Shown here piece after piece: positions 15,276 to 15,922 of a stretch of DNA of 15,922 nt; within the stretch, counting starts at the first letter, position 1, and every line of letters begins with the position of its first letter. The notes below the pieces were generated by a model. That model was not told the origin of the DNA. It made no database searches and worked only from the letters and a program-made list of their open reading frames with translations. The translations under genes were made by a program, and so were the position numbers. Source of the stretch: Candidatus Micrarchaeia archaeon (GTDB lineage Archaea; Micrarchaeota; Micrarchaeia; Micrarchaeales; CABMGC01); the NCBI GenBank assembly GCA_049976305.1, contig JBMFIM010000016.1, forward strand, positions 1-15,922. Direction: 5' to 3'.

Positions 15276-15545
15276 TTGCTGCTTGCAGATCTACTAGGAT
15301 ACACTGGCGGATTATTGCTTGCGGTTTCTGCGTTTCCGCAGATTGCTTTAGTTTACAAGCTCAAGAACGCAAGCCAGCTTTCCTATGTCTGGCTGTCGAT
15401 TATGGTTTTTGGCCTTGCAATTTGGTCCATTTATGGGCTATTGATAAACAGCATGCCGCTTTTCATCCTTGATGGCATTCAAGTTTTTCTTTATTTTGCA
15501 CTAATAGTCATGAAGGCTGCATACGCCAAAAACAAAAAAGAATAA
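15276..15545 (+). CDS. SemiSWEET / PQ-loop family small transporter
   Basis: 89 aa with three TM segments: AFPQI..VYK.KNASQLS, W.IYG.LI and P.FI. TTG start. Confidence 0.85.
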   Translation: MLLADLLGYTGGLLLAVSAFPQIALVYKLKNASQLSYVWLSIMVFGLAIWSIYGLLINSMPLFILDGIQVFLYFALIVMKAAYAKNKKE

Positions 15546-15573
15546 AAAAGGAAATATGCATAATTTCTTCTGA

Positions 15574-15646
15574 GCCTTGGTGGTGTAGAGGTCTAGCATG
15601 CGAGCCTGTCACGCTTGCGACTCGGGTTCGAATCCCGACCAAGGCG
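15574..15646 (+). tRNA. trnD: tRNA-Asp(GUC)
   Basis: Acceptor stem GCCTTGG/CCAAGGC plus discriminator G. Anticodon arm CGAGC-CTGTCAC-GCTTG (GTC at 15608-15610), T-arm TCGGG-TTCGAAT-CCCGA. No intron, and CCA is not encoded. Confidence 0.97.
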
Positions 15647-15699
15647 TATATTGCCGAGTTAAAAGCCCACATCATAACCTTTAAATACTTTTTGTTAAT

Positions 15700-15922
15700 G
15701 AGGCTTTGGGACATAATTCACGTATAGCCAATTCGGAAAAGATTGTGCAGCGCAGCAATGCAGGCCATTGCGGTGCATATTCTTTCATCTCTTTTCTGCC
15801 AAATTTTCCATCCAAACAGCCTTTTGTCTGCAGAAAAGCCGCTTTCTGGCCTTTCTCGTTTATAAATTCTCGGAGGTATTGTATGGGATCTGCCATAAGT
15901 CTTTTGAATATATTTCTCCAAC
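15700..15922 (-). mobile_element. Right end of an insertion sequence (continues beyond the window)
   Basis: The transposase stop at 15718-15720 is followed within a few nt by a candidate terminal repeat, GAGGCTTTGGGACAT (15700-15714 on +), abutting AT-rich host DNA. The partner repeat is not in the window. Confidence 0.45.
15718..15922 (-). pseudogene. 3' end of a DDE transposase (IS4/IS5/ISNCY-like) with a frameshift near 15866
   Basis: One frame gives WRNIFKRLMADPIQYLRE and the adjacent frame continues YKRERPESGFSADKRLFGWKIWQKRDERI...HNLF. Joined, they give a Y-2-R-3-E-6-K (YREK) signature. Confidence 0.7.

Noticed and set aside
15508..15714. 68-aa minus-strand ORF
   Set aside because: It is antisense across tRNA-Asp and starts within the candidate IS end.
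1..15922. CRISPR array, tandem repeats, rRNA or integrase
   Set aside because: I saw no regularly spaced repeats or matching motifs. The only internal duplication is the two AAA modules.

Overview
Archaeal chromosomal window, probably from a DPANN (Micrarchaeota-like) genome; the taxon is inferred from protein families, TATA-type promoters, GGTG-type ribosome-binding sites and very tight gene packing. From left to right: the 3' end of a probable LamG-like protein, a Nudix hydrolase, isopentenyl phosphate kinase, priS, rpl15e, pcc1, a priL whose Fe-S C-terminal domain appears replaced by a PriX-like domain, and a small convergent hypothetical gene. An unexplained ~100-nt divergent intergenic segment precedes a 10-gene complex I-like operon (nuoABCDHIJKLN). 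The operon lacks nuoEFG and nuoM, and several conserved proton-pathway residues are substituted. It is followed by a convergent polytopic-membrane double AAA+ ATPase, an intron-containing tRNA-Tyr(GUA) hidden under the ORF track's over-extended ATPase start, a SemiSWEET/PQ-loop gene, tRNA-Asp(GUC) and the frameshifted 3' end of a DDE transposase. The most notable items are the PriL-NTD/PriX fusion, the nuoM-less complex I with an eroded charged axis but a full-length NuoL lateral helix, the membrane-anchored Cdc48-like ATPase, and the in-frame Nudix-TGA-IPK junction. All family assignments come from motif recognition by eye; no searches were run.
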